Notes: a model not told the origin generated them from the letters alone. Shown: positions 49,184 through 59,475, counted from the stretch's first letter. The stretch is DNA of 64,000 nt from Deltaproteobacteria bacterium (GCA_016935665.1 JAFGQN010000203.1:49237-113236), one strand, 5' to 3'. Numbers and translations are program-made.

Positions 49184-51181
49184 GTGATGTCGCTAACGAT
49201 TTATAAGGTAGTTGTTTTCTCGACTGACAGTTTTGATGTTCTTGGGTTTCGACGTGCGCTAAAAAAAGCATCCATTCACTGTGAAACCGTGTTTATTTCC
49301 GCGTATGAGGAGCTGGAGCAAATCATTCATCAGGAAAATCGCGAAACGTTTGATTTGGCATTGGTTGAGTATGGAGAAAATATAGAGGATTCCTGTCGCG
49401 CGGCCCAGTTGCTCGTGGGTGAAACCGATTTGCCCATTATTGGCATCTTCATGCCCGACAGCTTTGAAACCATCGCCAGGGAACTGTCCGAGGGAATCAC
49501 GAGTTATGTTGTTCAATCTCAAAAGGGAGAACACTTCGATGTGTTGTCCGTACTCATCCGCAACAACGTCCGGTCTCAAACCGATGTGGTGAAGTTTGAC
49601 AGGTTCCGCGAGCAAATCGCCATGTTAAAGCGGGAGCAGCACGCTCTGCTTAATTCGAGTTTGACATTGATTTCATATCATCAGCCCGATACCCGCATTA
49701 TCTGGTCCAATGCGTATGAAGAAGAAGGCGAGGTCAGTTCGTACGACTACCTCGCAGGACGTTTGTGTAAGGAAATCTGGAAAAATGGCGGCATACCCAA
49801 TGGCAAATGCCCCGTGGCCACCGCTGTGGAAACGGGAGAATCTGTCGAAGCGGAAGTGACCACCCTGGATGGATACACTATGCTGCAGCGATCCTATCCA
49901 GTGAAGAATGAAGACGGCAAAGTGGTTGGTGTCATGGCCAGTACTCTCGATATGTCTGCTGTTTCGCCAGCTCAGGAGGCTATGCGCACTGCTGCTCGAA
50001 TTCAGGCATCCGCCACTCTTGCGGGGGGGATTGCACATAAATTCAACAACTTAATGGCAGGGGTCATGGGTAATGTGTCTTTGGCGCTGCAGGATTTGAC
50101 AGAAAACCATCCCGCCTGTCCGTTGCTCTACGAGATTGAGCAGGCGGCTCATACAGCCGGTGAGTTGTCAGAACAATTGTTGGCTTTCGCGCGCGGCGGC
50201 AAATACCTGCCAAAGCGAATCAACATGAACGAGGTGATTACCGAAGCATTGCAAACCCATTCCCGCAGGCTTCCCGGGAAAATAAAGCTGGATCACGAGC
50301 TCACCAAAGATTTGTGGCCCATTGACGCCAATCAGGCGCAAATGGGACTTCTGTTGACGCAGGTATTCAATAATGCTGTTGAAGCGATTGAAGCCAGCGA
50401 CAGATTTCAGAGAGGGGAAGGTCGTATTTCCATCATCACGACCAATGAGCAGATTGTGGATTCCGCCAATTCACAAAAACCGTGGCTGAGAGATGGACGC
50501 TATGTGTGCGTCGCCATCGAAGACAACGGTTGCGGTATGAGCGCGGAAACCCGGCAGAAAATATTTGAACCGTTCTTTACAACGAAGAAAAAGGGTCGTG
50601 GCCTCGGGTTATCCGGTGCTTATGGGATAGTGCGCAGTCACGAAGGACATATTTTTGTTGAATCCGAAAAGGGAAGGGGCACTACCGTGGCAATTCATAT
50701 TCCTGCGACGAATGTGGAAGAATTACCTGTCGAACCACCGGCAAAAGCAATAGCGGAAACACCACGTCCGATTGTACTGGCCCGCGGAAGCGAGACAGTA
50801 CTGGTTGTGGATGACGAAGCGATGCTTCGCAAAGCCATTCACAGACTCCTGAAGCGACTGGGATATACCGTGCTTGAAGCATCCAGTGGCGATGAAGCTG
50901 TGACACTGGCCAAAGAATACGAAGGTCCCATACATATCACCTTACTCGATATGATTATGCCTGGACTGGATGGTATGGACGCCTACCGTCAGTTAAAAGA
51001 ACAGTATCCCACCATGGAAGTAATTGTAATGAGCGGTTACGATCGCGAAACATATGGCGACGCGCTTATCGATGCCGGAGCTGGTGCGTTTATGCAGAAA
51101 CCAGTTCCCATGGATCGAATAGCCTCTGAAATACGCCGCATACTGGACGACAAGGAAACACCGCCGGTTCCTGCCGATTGA
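49184..51181 (+). CDS. Hybrid sensor kinase (pseudo-receiver-like N-terminus - PAS - HisKA - HATPase_c - REC)
   Basis: H-box GIAHKFNNLMAGV. G-boxes ...DNGCGMSAE...GRGLGLSGAYGIV. C-terminal REC with Asp (ITLLDMIMPGLDG). The N-terminal ~110 aa are REC-like but the acceptor position reads LVEYGE. Confidence 0.8.
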   Translation: MMSLTIYKVVVFSTDSFDVLGFRRALKKASIHCETVFISAYEELEQIIHQENRETFDLALVEYGENIEDSCRAAQLLVGETDLPIIGIFMPDSFETIARELSEGITSYVVQSQKGEHFDVLSVLIRNNVRSQTDVVKFDRFREQIAMLKREQHALLNSSLTLISYHQPDTRIIWSNAYEEEGEVSSYDYLAGRLCKEIWKNGGIPNGKCPVATAVETGESVEAEVTTLDGYTMLQRSYPVKNEDGKVVGVMASTLDMSAVSPAQEAMRTAARIQASATLAGGIAHKFNNLMAGVMGNVSLALQDLTENHPACPLLYEIEQAAHTAGELSEQLLAFARGGKYLPKRINMNEVITEALQTHSRRLPGKIKLDHELTKDLWPIDANQAQMGLLLTQVFNNAVEAIEASDRFQRGEGRISIITTNEQIVDSANSQKPWLRDGRYVCVAIEDNGCGMSAETRQKIFEPFFTTKKKGRGLGLSGAYGIVRSHEGHIFVESEKGRGTTVAIHIPATNVEELPVEPPAKAIAETPRPIVLARGSETVLVVDDEAMLRKAIHRLLKRLGYTVLEASSGDEAVTLAKEYEGPIHITLLDMIMPGLDGMDAYRQLKEQYPTMEVIVMSGYDRETYGDALIDAGAGAFMQKPVPMDRIASEIRRILDDKETPPVPAD

Positions 51182-51212
51182 AGATTAAGGGCGGAACTTA
51201 AGAGCACTTTGT

Positions 51213-51722
51213 TTATCGCCGTTTCAGTTCAGCGAGTATCAGGTCGGCAATTTCTTTTGGGGAGCGGTTCTCTGTATCCACACTGAAATCAGCGGCGGAT
51301 TCGTACAGCGGGGTTCGTTCCAACAGCACTTCTTCAATTTCTTCAAGAAATGACTTGCCGTCTTTGAGCGCAGGCCGTTCGGTGGAGGAGGCGATTCGTT
51401 TCTCAATAACAGCCGGTCCTGCTTTTAACCACACCAGGGTTGCATTGGATTTCAGAACGGCTGTATTCGCCTCGCGCAATACCACCCCTCCCCCGCAATC
51501 TATTACAAGGTCATCCATTGCTGCAAAGTGCGCTGTGATTTCCTGTTCCAAATCTCGAAACGCGGCCCATCCGTCATTTTCAACAATCTGCGATATGCTC
51601 TTGCCCGCACTTTGAACAATCTCATCATCCAGGCTCACGGCTTGTTTTCCAGTTTGCCGGGTAAGCCATCTGGATACTGCCGACTTTCCCGTACCTCTGT
51701 ATCCAATCAATGCAATATTCAT
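51213..51722 (-). CDS. aroK: Shikimate kinase
   Basis: P-loop MNIALIGYRGTGKSAVSRWL. 169 aa. Confidence 0.85.
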   Translation of the reverse strand: MNIALIGYRGTGKSAVSRWLTRQTGKQAVSLDDEIVQSAGKSISQIVENDGWAAFRDLEQEITAHFAAMDDLVIDCGGGVVLREANTAVLKSNATLVWLKAGPAVIEKRIASSTERPALKDGKSFLEEIEEVLLERTPLYESAADFSVDTENRSPKEIADLILAELKRR

Positions 51723-51758
51723 CTTATATTCCCGTTATTTTTTGCTCGCATCGAACTG

Positions 51759-52637
51759 TTACTGCAGACGATCCAGCACCACTTCCCGCATTTCCGCCTT
51801 GGGGGCAGTGCGACCTGTCCACGATTCAAATTGAATGACCGCCTGGTTCACAAACATCTCCAACCCGCTGACCACTTTTATGCCAAGAGACCTGGCATCT
51901 TTAATCAGTTGGGTTTGCAGCGGATTGTACACAATATCCATTATTCCCATGTCCAGATGTAAAAAAGATTTGGGAACAGGGGTGGCGCCCACTTTGGGGT
52001 ACATTCCCACGGGGGTCGTGTTTATCAACACCTCTGTTTGAGAAACCGCTTTTTTCAATTTGTCCTCTGTCAGCAAAACGGTTTCCACGGGTACAGCCGA
52101 CTTGTCCGAGATATTTTTAGCCAATGTTTCCATCTCATCTTTGTCGATGCCGCAAAGGGTTAGGTGCTGCGGCGGTGCATTGTACACCAAATCAAAGACA
52201 ATAGCCCTGGACGCACCGCCGGTCCCCAGTACCGTTACAGTGCGCCCTATGGGATTGATTTCACTGTCAATCAACGCCTGCCTGGCGCCAGGGCCATCAC
52301 TGCCCAAACCAATGAGCTTGCCATTATCGTTGATAATTGTATTGATTGAGCCGATGGACGCATCCACTTCGGACAACTCGTCGACACACGCCATCACCGC
52401 TGTCTTGTGGGGGATGGTGACACTCATGCCGCGAAAATTGTGCAGCGCGCGCATTCCGTTCAAAGCTGCGGCCACATCTCCCTCATTGACACGAAATGCA
52501 ACATAAACATAGTCGAGCTTAAGAACATCAAATGCTCGGTTATGCAATGCGGGAGACATGGAGTGGTCCACTGGATTCCCAATTATTCCACATACTTGAG
52601 TCATGGGGCTAATAGAGGCAATGGTTCTCATTGTCAA
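51759..52637 (-). CDS. aroE: Shikimate 5-dehydrogenase
   Basis: GIIGNPVDHSMSPALHNRAF and NADP-binding VLGTGGASRA. Confidence 0.85.
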   Translation of the reverse strand: MTMRTIASISPMTQVCGIIGNPVDHSMSPALHNRAFDVLKLDYVYVAFRVNEGDVAAALNGMRALHNFRGMSVTIPHKTAVMACVDELSEVDASIGSINTIINDNGKLIGLGSDGPGARQALIDSEINPIGRTVTVLGTGGASRAIVFDLVYNAPPQHLTLCGIDKDEMETLAKNISDKSAVPVETVLLTEDKLKKAVSQTEVLINTTPVGMYPKVGATPVPKSFLHLDMGIMDIVYNPLQTQLIKDARSLGIKVVSGLEMFVNQAVIQFESWTGRTAPKAEMREVVLDRLQ

Positions 52638-52685
52638 ATTCCTTTCACAATTCCAAAGGGGAAAAGCGGTTTACCTGCGTTTTTC

Positions 52686-54281
52686 TTATCTGTCTGCAGG
52701 GGTCGCTGTCAGATTGTCTTTAAAAATTTTGTAGTTCATGGAGTCGTACAACGCTGTCAGACTGGCTTCAATAATATCCTGGGACACCCCCACCGTAGAC
52801 CATGTTTCCTTTTTGTCCCCGGACTCAATATGGACGCGCACTTTGGCCTGTGTTCCATCGTGGCCATCGAGCACACGCACTTTGTAGTCGACCAGGTGCA
52901 CTTTGGCCAGTTCGGGATAAAAGCGGATAAGCGCCTTGCGCATGGCCTGATCCAGCGCGTTCACAGGGCCGTTGCCATCCGCCACGGTGTGCTCAGTAAT
53001 ACCGTCCACCTGCACTTTCATGACAGATTCCGAGTATCGTACGCCACTTTCATCGAACATATCATTGACCTTTGCGTAGGTTATTTTAAAAAACGGCTTA
53101 TATTGCTTCAGCTCGCCCAGCAGCATCAGCTTGAACGATGCGCCGGCGCCATCAAACTGAAAGCCTTCGTGTTCCAGCTCTTTGATTCTCTGTACAAAGT
53201 TTCGACTGAACTGGACATCTTCACCGAGATCAATTCCCGCTTCCTTCGCCACGTAGTGAATATTGCTTTTTCCGGATAATTCGGACACCACCACATCACG
53301 CTTATTGCCAACCTGTTCCGGCTGGATATGTTCGTACATGCGGGCATCTTTCAGCACGGAACTCACGTGAATTCCACCTTTGTGAGTAAATGCTGATTTT
53401 CCCACATATGCCATGCGGTGATTGGGTATCTGATTGGTCACTTCATCAAAGAAGTGACTCACGCCGGTAAGGTGATGCAGGCTGGCGTTCAACTGTCCCA
53501 AATCCTTATCTTTTTTAAGAAGCAGGTTGGGAATGAGACTGCAGAGATTGCAGTTGCCACATCGCTCGCCAATGCCATTAATCGTTCCCTGGGCGTGCGT
53601 GGCCCCCGCGTCGATGGCCGCAATGGCATTGGCCACTGCCAATTCGCCGTCGTTGTGGGAGTGGATACCGATTGGCACATCCACTCTTTGACACACGTCC
53701 TGTACGATGTTGTATACCTCGGTGGGCAAACACCCGCCGTTGGTATCGCAGAGCACCAGACGGGACGCGCCTGCCTCTATTGCGGCATTCAACATGCGGA
53801 GGGCAAATTCCGGAGAGTCTTTGTAACCGTCAAAAAAATGCTCCGCGTCAAAAAACACTTCCCGCCCGGCTTCTTTGAGGTAGTGGATGGAATTGTAAAT
53901 CAACTCCGCATTCTCACTGTCGGAAATCCCCAGACTTTCTTTGGAGTGAAAGCGCCAGGTCTTGCCAAAAAGTGTTATGATAGGCGCCTCGGATTTCAGA
54001 AGTTTGTGAATGTTATCATCCACCCGAACCTTGTCCGCTTTGCGCGCAGTGGCCCCAAATGCCACAATCCGGGCATGGTTCAGTTGAAGGCTCGCCACTC
54101 TTTCAAAAAACTGCTCGTCTTTCGGATTGCTGCCAGGCATGCCGCCTTCAATGAAATCCACACCAAACTCGTCCAGTTTCTCGGTGAGCATAATTTTGTC
54201 TTCCACCGATACATTTATATCCCTGGCCTGGGTCCCGTCCCTCAACGTCGTGTCAAAAATTTCGATTCTTTGCAATGTCAT
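52686..54281 (-). CDS. Citramalate synthase / 2-isopropylmalate synthase family enzyme (LeuA / CimA, long form with C-terminal regulatory domain)
   Basis: IFDTTLRDGTQARDINVSVEDKIMLTEKLDEFGVDFIEGGMPGSNPKDEQFF DRE-TIM metallolyase N-terminus; HxH metal site (IGIHSHNDGELAVANA). 531 aa. I lean towards a CimA-type enzyme. Confidence 0.75.
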   Translation of the reverse strand: MTLQRIEIFDTTLRDGTQARDINVSVEDKIMLTEKLDEFGVDFIEGGMPGSNPKDEQFFERVASLQLNHARIVAFGATARKADKVRVDDNIHKLLKSEAPIITLFGKTWRFHSKESLGISDSENAELIYNSIHYLKEAGREVFFDAEHFFDGYKDSPEFALRMLNAAIEAGASRLVLCDTNGGCLPTEVYNIVQDVCQRVDVPIGIHSHNDGELAVANAIAAIDAGATHAQGTINGIGERCGNCNLCSLIPNLLLKKDKDLGQLNASLHHLTGVSHFFDEVTNQIPNHRMAYVGKSAFTHKGGIHVSSVLKDARMYEHIQPEQVGNKRDVVVSELSGKSNIHYVAKEAGIDLGEDVQFSRNFVQRIKELEHEGFQFDGAGASFKLMLLGELKQYKPFFKITYAKVNDMFDESGVRYSESVMKVQVDGITEHTVADGNGPVNALDQAMRKALIRFYPELAKVHLVDYKVRVLDGHDGTQAKVRVHIESGDKKETWSTVGVSQDIIEASLTALYDSMNYKIFKDNLTATPADR

Positions 54282-54296
54282 ATTACTCTTCTTATC

Positions 54297-54551
54297 TTAT
54301 TCTAAATTGCTGGTTTCCCGATGCAGGTCCACCAGTTGTGCCATTAGTCTTCTGGACTGATACGTCATGTATCCCCAATACAAAAACAACATCCCGTTGA
54401 TGATAGAGTAGGCTATGATCATCAGCGTTTGGCCGTCCACCATATTCAGCGACGCCGGATCCACGGCGACATAGCCGTCCTCGGCTTTTAACGGGGAATG
54501 ATACAAAAAAAACGATAAAAAAATGTAAAATATTTTCATGTAATTACACAT
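54297..54551 (-). CDS. Small membrane protein, possibly a CcmD-like heme exporter subunit
   Basis: Start overlaps the ccmC stop by 1 nt. TM LMIIAYSIINGMLFLYWGYMTY followed by QSRRLMAQL, which resembles the CcmD TM + RRxL pattern. May start at an internal Met (MVDGQ). Confidence 0.35.
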   Translation of the reverse strand: MCNYMKIFYIFLSFFLYHSPLKAEDGYVAVDPASLNMVDGQTLMIIAYSIINGMLFLYWGYMTYQSRRLMAQLVDLHRETSNLE

Positions 54552-55249
54552 TATTTATTCATCTGATTAATATACTTTTTTTGCATCAATTCATCTACCC
54601 GACGACGCTGTTTTTCGAGCGAAAGTCGCTTTCTGAGAAACACAATAAACACGACGGTGAATGCTGTCATGCAAACGAGAAATGTGGTTTTCATTTCGGG
54701 GTCCAGTCCCCCCTGGCGCAGCACTGCCGGATGCTGTCCGCGCCATTTGTACACCGATATATGAATGAGCGGAATCAACGCCGCGCCAACCACCGACAAT
54801 GCTGCGGAGAATTTTTTAATGGCTTCAGCGGTACTGAGTTGTCGCAATATCACATAGGACAGCACAACCAGGGTCATCACCAGCGCCGACGTCAACCTCG
54901 GGTCCCACACCCAATAGGCGCCCCAGGCTTTGCGGCCCCACAGCGGACCGGTAGTCATGACCATTATGGCAAACAACAAAGCAACTTCGGCACTGGATCT
55001 GGCCAATTCGTCATATTTGTCATCATTTTTTGTTATGAACAGAATGGATGAAACAGTACACACCAACCACGACAAATACATGGCGTAGGCGGCGGGCACA
55101 TGAAAATAAAAGATTTTCTGGACTATTCCCATCTGCTGCTCAATAGGCGCATAAAAAAAGACCATCCACAGTGAAACACAAATGGTCGCAGCGGCTATCA
55201 GGGGTTCCAGGATTTGAAAGCGTTGTTTCATGGCCGTTAAATAACACAA
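54551..55249 (-). CDS. ccmC: Heme exporter protein C (cytochrome c maturation system I, WWD-domain protein)
   Basis: WWD motif LWGRKAWGAYWVWDPRLTSALVMTL and conserved His residues. 232 aa. Confidence 0.8.
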   Translation of the reverse strand: MCYLTAMKQRFQILEPLIAAATICVSLWMVFFYAPIEQQMGIVQKIFYFHVPAAYAMYLSWLVCTVSSILFITKNDDKYDELARSSAEVALLFAIMVMTTGPLWGRKAWGAYWVWDPRLTSALVMTLVVLSYVILRQLSTAEAIKKFSAALSVVGAALIPLIHISVYKWRGQHPAVLRQGGLDPEMKTTFLVCMTAFTVVFIVFLRKRLSLEKQRRRVDELMQKKYINQMNK

Positions 55250-55472
55250 CTAAAAAAAAATACATGTCTATTTTAAACGCGGGTTTTAAAGAAGGGCGGA
55301 TGCAGCGCCTTTGGAAATGCGATTGGAAAACCCAAATCATGAATAAAAATGATTAATGCGTTACCATAAAATCATTGGACAAGATGGAACGTCTACGACT
55401 AAATTTACAAATTCACTACAGAAATGTAGAAGTCTGAAAGGTGAATCAACTCATTATGGTGGGAGTGAACAA

Positions 55473-56756
55473 ATGAATACCCTGGAAAAAGCAAAAGCCG
55501 CCAAACAGGCATCTTTTAAATTGGCGTCTCTTGATGACAAAACCAAAACCGCTGTGATTTTGCGTGTCGCAGGATTGATGAAGGAAAGGGAATCCTTCAT
55601 TCTGGCGGAAAATCAAAAGGATTTGGACAAAGCCAAAACCGAGAATATCAGCGACGTTTTATACAAACGGCTGGTGCTGACTTCAGAAAAAATTGACGGC
55701 ATGATCACGAGCCTTAAGGAAGTGGCCCAGCTTCCCGACCCGGTCGGCCATGTCAGTGTTCGGCGGGAACTGGACGATGACCTGATTTTAGAGAAAGTGT
55801 CGGTTCCCATTGGTGTGATAGGTATCATTTTTGAATCTCGTCCCGACGCGCTGGTGCAAATCTCCAGCCTGTGTATCAAATCCGGAAACGCTGCAATATT
55901 AAAGGGAGGCCGAGAGGCCCAGTTTAGCAATCGCGCACTGTATGGTATCTTTGTTGATGCCATGGCCGAAATCAATTCGCTGTTTAACAATTGTCTGCAA
56001 CTTGTGGAAAGTCGCGAGGATATTGGCGAATTGCTCTCCATGGACGACTACGTGGACCTTATGATTCCAAGGGGATCCAATGATTTGGTGAAATACATCC
56101 AGTCCAACACCCGAATTCCGGTGCTGGGGCATGCGGATGGTATCTGCCATGTATATATCGACAAAGACGCGGATTTGGAAATGGCGGTCAATGTCAGTGT
56201 GGATGCCAAATGTCAGTATCCCGCTGTTTGCAATGCCATGGAGACGTTGCTGGTGCACCGGGATGTGGCAGGCGATGTGCTGCCTGCTCTGGCTGACGCA
56301 TATGCCCCAAAAGGGGTTGAATTGCGTGGAGACAGCGCCACATGCCAGATTATCAGGGCCGTACCGGCGACGGATGCCGACTGGAAAACCGAATACAACG
56401 ATCTGATTCTCTCGATTCGTGTGGTGGAATCTCTGGAGGAAGCCATTGACCACATCAACACATTTGGCAGTCATCATACCGACGCCATTGTCAGTAAAAG
56501 CGCGCATGCCTGCGCCATCTTTCTTGCCACAGTGGATTCCAGTTCAGCATTGGTGAACTGCTCCACCCGTTTCGCCGATGGGTTTCGATATGGTCTTGGC
56601 GCGGAGGTGGGCATTTCCACCAACAAAATTCACGCCCGGGGGCCTGTGGGACTGGAAGGTTTGCTTATCTACAAATATCGTCTGGTTGGTAATGGCAATA
56701 TCGTTTCGGATTACGCGTCGGGAAATAGGAAATTTACTCACAGAGATGTGCTGTAA
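55473..56756 (+). CDS. proA: Gamma-glutamyl phosphate reductase (glutamate-5-semialdehyde dehydrogenase)
   Basis: MNTLEKAKAAKQASFKLASL... aldehyde-dehydrogenase fold with catalytic Cys region. Start at the ATG after GGTGGGAG (the track begins 39 codons earlier). Confidence 0.85.
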   Translation: MNTLEKAKAAKQASFKLASLDDKTKTAVILRVAGLMKERESFILAENQKDLDKAKTENISDVLYKRLVLTSEKIDGMITSLKEVAQLPDPVGHVSVRRELDDDLILEKVSVPIGVIGIIFESRPDALVQISSLCIKSGNAAILKGGREAQFSNRALYGIFVDAMAEINSLFNNCLQLVESREDIGELLSMDDYVDLMIPRGSNDLVKYIQSNTRIPVLGHADGICHVYIDKDADLEMAVNVSVDAKCQYPAVCNAMETLLVHRDVAGDVLPALADAYAPKGVELRGDSATCQIIRAVPATDADWKTEYNDLILSIRVVESLEEAIDHINTFGSHHTDAIVSKSAHACAIFLATVDSSSALVNCSTRFADGFRYGLGAEVGISTNKIHARGPVGLEGLLIYKYRLVGNGNIVSDYASGNRKFTHRDVL

Positions 56757-56791
56757 CGTGGCATTGCGATTCAGTGCTGTATATTGAAATT

Positions 56792-57895
56792 ATGAGAGAT
56801 TTTTCCAAAAGCAAAAAGATAGTTATAAAAATTGGTACAAATACCTTAACCAAAAACAACAAATTGAATGTGGAGTATATCGCGAATATCGCCGGTCAGA
56901 TAGCCACTATTAAAAGCCAGGGATATCAACCATTGCTGGTATCCTCCGGCGCTATCGGCTTCGGCGCCCGGGAAATGGGCATTGAGAAAAAAGTTAAAAA
57001 AACAAGATTAAAGCAGGCATGCGCCGCCATTGGTCAGCCGATTCTGGTGCATTCGTACCGAACGGAGTTTCAAAAATACAACATCCATATCGCTCAGGTG
57101 TTGTTGACCCGGGAAGCACTGGACAACCGCGACACATATGTAAATCTGAAGACTGCGGTGGAAGCATTGCTGGAAATGGGAGTGGTTCCCATTTTTAATG
57201 AAAATGATAGCGTTTCCACTTCGGAAATCGAACCCTATATTGGCGACAACGACCAGCTGAGCGCCCACATCGCCAGCAAGCTCGATGCGGATTTGCTGAT
57301 TATCCTGACAGATGTGGACGCACTGTACGATAAAAACCCCAACCATTTCCCCGATGCGAAGCCCATCCGCGTGGTGGAAGAGTTGACCGAAGAAATCGTT
57401 GCCAACGCAGGCGGTGCAGGTTCATCATTTGCAACTGGCGGAATGAAAACCAAAATAATGGCAGTGCGGATTGCCCGCAAAGCCGGGTGCAGAACAGTAC
57501 TTGCCCACGGCATGGCGCCCGATGTGGTTCCCAGAGTTCTGTCCGGTGAGGAAATTGGCACTCTGTTTTTGGCGGACAAGCAGAAGATGCCCAACAAAGC
57601 CCGGTGGATTCTGAATGCCACTCCCAGAGGCAAACTCACCATTGACGCCGGCGCCGAGGCAGCCATTCGTCTCAACAAGAGTTTACTTCCCTCGGGAATC
57701 GTGTCGGTGGAAGGCGAGTTTTCAAAAGGTGATGTTATTCTCATCAATGACAAGTTCAAGGCCATAGCCGGTTCGGACAGCAGCAACATGCGCCAAATCA
57801 TTGGTGTGCACTCCCGCGAAATCAAAAATATTCTGGGCGAGGCCAAACGGGATGTGATCTGCCGATCTCAGGAAATCATTCCCATACCTGAATAA
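56792..57895 (+). CDS. proB: Glutamate 5-kinase with C-terminal PUA domain
   Basis: KKIVIKIGTNTLT...LLVSSGAIGFG amino-acid-kinase motifs. C-terminal PUA. Alternative GTG start at 56774. Confidence 0.85.
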   Translation: MRDFSKSKKIVIKIGTNTLTKNNKLNVEYIANIAGQIATIKSQGYQPLLVSSGAIGFGAREMGIEKKVKKTRLKQACAAIGQPILVHSYRTEFQKYNIHIAQVLLTREALDNRDTYVNLKTAVEALLEMGVVPIFNENDSVSTSEIEPYIGDNDQLSAHIASKLDADLLIILTDVDALYDKNPNHFPDAKPIRVVEELTEEIVANAGGAGSSFATGGMKTKIMAVRIARKAGCRTVLAHGMAPDVVPRVLSGEEIGTLFLADKQKMPNKARWILNATPRGKLTIDAGAEAAIRLNKSLLPSGIVSVEGEFSKGDVILINDKFKAIAGSDSSNMRQIIGVHSREIKNILGEAKRDVICRSQEIIPIPE

Positions 57896-57976
57896 GTAAA
57901 CATTTCCCTTTTATCTTTGCGTCTACAGCCGGTTGGTTTACAAACGGTATACAATCTGAAACTGGAGACTGTCAGA

Positions 57977-58948
57977 ATGAAAATGAGATATATCATTGCT
58001 TTGCTTATTGTGCTTGGTCTGGATGTTATTTCATCTCGTGTGCAGGCACAGCAGGTTCCCCAGATGGGGGATGGGCTGAACAGCCAAAACCTATGGAAAA
58101 CCCCTGGCCCTTCTAATTTTTCTTTTACGCAGTCCGCCGATATACTGGCACACCGGGATGTATCGTTTGGAGTCACCGCTGATTATTATCGAAAGCCCCT
58201 TGGAATCGAAATCGACGACCGGATTTACTGGAGTGTCAGCAGAGTGACCGCCATTGATTTCTCTTTTGCCATTGGCCTGCTGGACAGATTTCAGGTAGGC
58301 GTTGTGTTGCCCGTCCATATTGAACAGGCCGGTATTGGCGATTCGCCTCTGGCGCCAGGAAACATCAACACCGGCATTGGCGCGGCCGCAGTTGGTGACA
58401 TGAGAATACACGCGAAAACCATGCTGTACCAGCAGAACTACAACCGCGAAATACGCGGCGCCGGCCTGGCTCTGGATATGGGGTTGAGCCTTCCTGTGGG
58501 GGACGAAGAAAATTTTGCCGGGGAAAAGGGCATCATTTGGGCGCCATCCTTTATTATGGATTTCCGCAGACAATGGTTGTCGGCAGCCTCTTCCATTGGC
58601 GTTAGATTTCGTTCCGGCGAAAAGCCAGGACTTGCCGATTCCACCGTGGGCAATCAGATGGCATATGGCCTGGGGCTCACATTTCACATTCTGGACGATA
58701 AACTTCTGTTGGGCGGTGAAACAAATCTGTTGGCCGAGCTGGATAATTTCGAACGCATGGGCATGGAGTTGCGCGGCGCCATCGGCAGCAAGCCACTGGC
58801 GTCCAAAGCGATCACCGTGTGGCTCACCGGTGCAGCGGGGCTGGCAAATAGAGACGAGCCACTTTTGTGCGTACCACAAATGAGATTTACGTTGGGACTT
58901 TCCTACACGCCATCTGCAGAGGATGGGCAGGCGGATTTGTTTTTTTAG
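57977..58948 (+). CDS. Putative outer-membrane beta-barrel protein
   Basis: Signal peptide MKMRYIIALLIVLGLDVISSRVQAQQ. Amphipathic beta-strand pattern. C-terminal ...GQADLFF* (terminal Phe). Confidence 0.5.
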   Translation: MKMRYIIALLIVLGLDVISSRVQAQQVPQMGDGLNSQNLWKTPGPSNFSFTQSADILAHRDVSFGVTADYYRKPLGIEIDDRIYWSVSRVTAIDFSFAIGLLDRFQVGVVLPVHIEQAGIGDSPLAPGNINTGIGAAAVGDMRIHAKTMLYQQNYNREIRGAGLALDMGLSLPVGDEENFAGEKGIIWAPSFIMDFRRQWLSAASSIGVRFRSGEKPGLADSTVGNQMAYGLGLTFHILDDKLLLGGETNLLAELDNFERMGMELRGAIGSKPLASKAITVWLTGAAGLANRDEPLLCVPQMRFTLGLSYTPSAEDGQADLFF

Positions 58949-58964
58949 AGGAATTGCGACGGCG

Positions 58965-59201
58965 TCACGAGAGAATGACGTTCATCATATTGGGTTGGGA
59001 GCTGTTGCTCGATCTGAACGCCATATTGGTGGTATCGTCAACGGACTGCACCGGCTTCAATCGAAATTTGGGAATTGTCATCTGGCAGGAACTTTCGAGT
59101 TTCTTAAAAAGACAAACCGTACACAGATGGTGACCGTCAATTTGCGCCAGGGCCAGTGCGCCACATTCATCACAGAATACCGGATTAATCTTTTTCATCA
59201 T
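58965..59201 (-). CDS. Small hypothetical zinc-ribbon protein (78 aa)
   Basis: MMKKINPVFCDECGALALAQIDGHHLCTVCLF (C-x2-C-x13-C-x2-C). GGAGAT 7 nt upstream of the ATG pair. Downstream of the LysM/peptidase gene on the same strand. Coding status uncertain. Confidence 0.3.
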   Translation of the reverse strand: MMKKINPVFCDECGALALAQIDGHHLCTVCLFKKLESSCQMTIPKFRLKPVQSVDDTTNMAFRSSNSSQPNMMNVILS

Positions 59202-59475
59202 TACATTATCTCCATTCGTTCCAATCAATTCAAACAGGCAGCCGTCCTTGTGCAGGAAGTGGACCATCATTTGCCGATATGAAATGGGTAGAATCTATCA
59301 GGAGTTTTGATGTCACTGTATCATTTCGACTACAGAAACAGGGTCAATTTGCGTCGAAATCCGTGACCCATCGTGTCATTTTTGACCTATGTTCGCATTA
59401 GCGGAAAGATTTAAACGGTTTACAGAAAGAATAGTTTTAAAATGAGAGGCGCGTCGCAGAAAAATTGCGGTTTTT

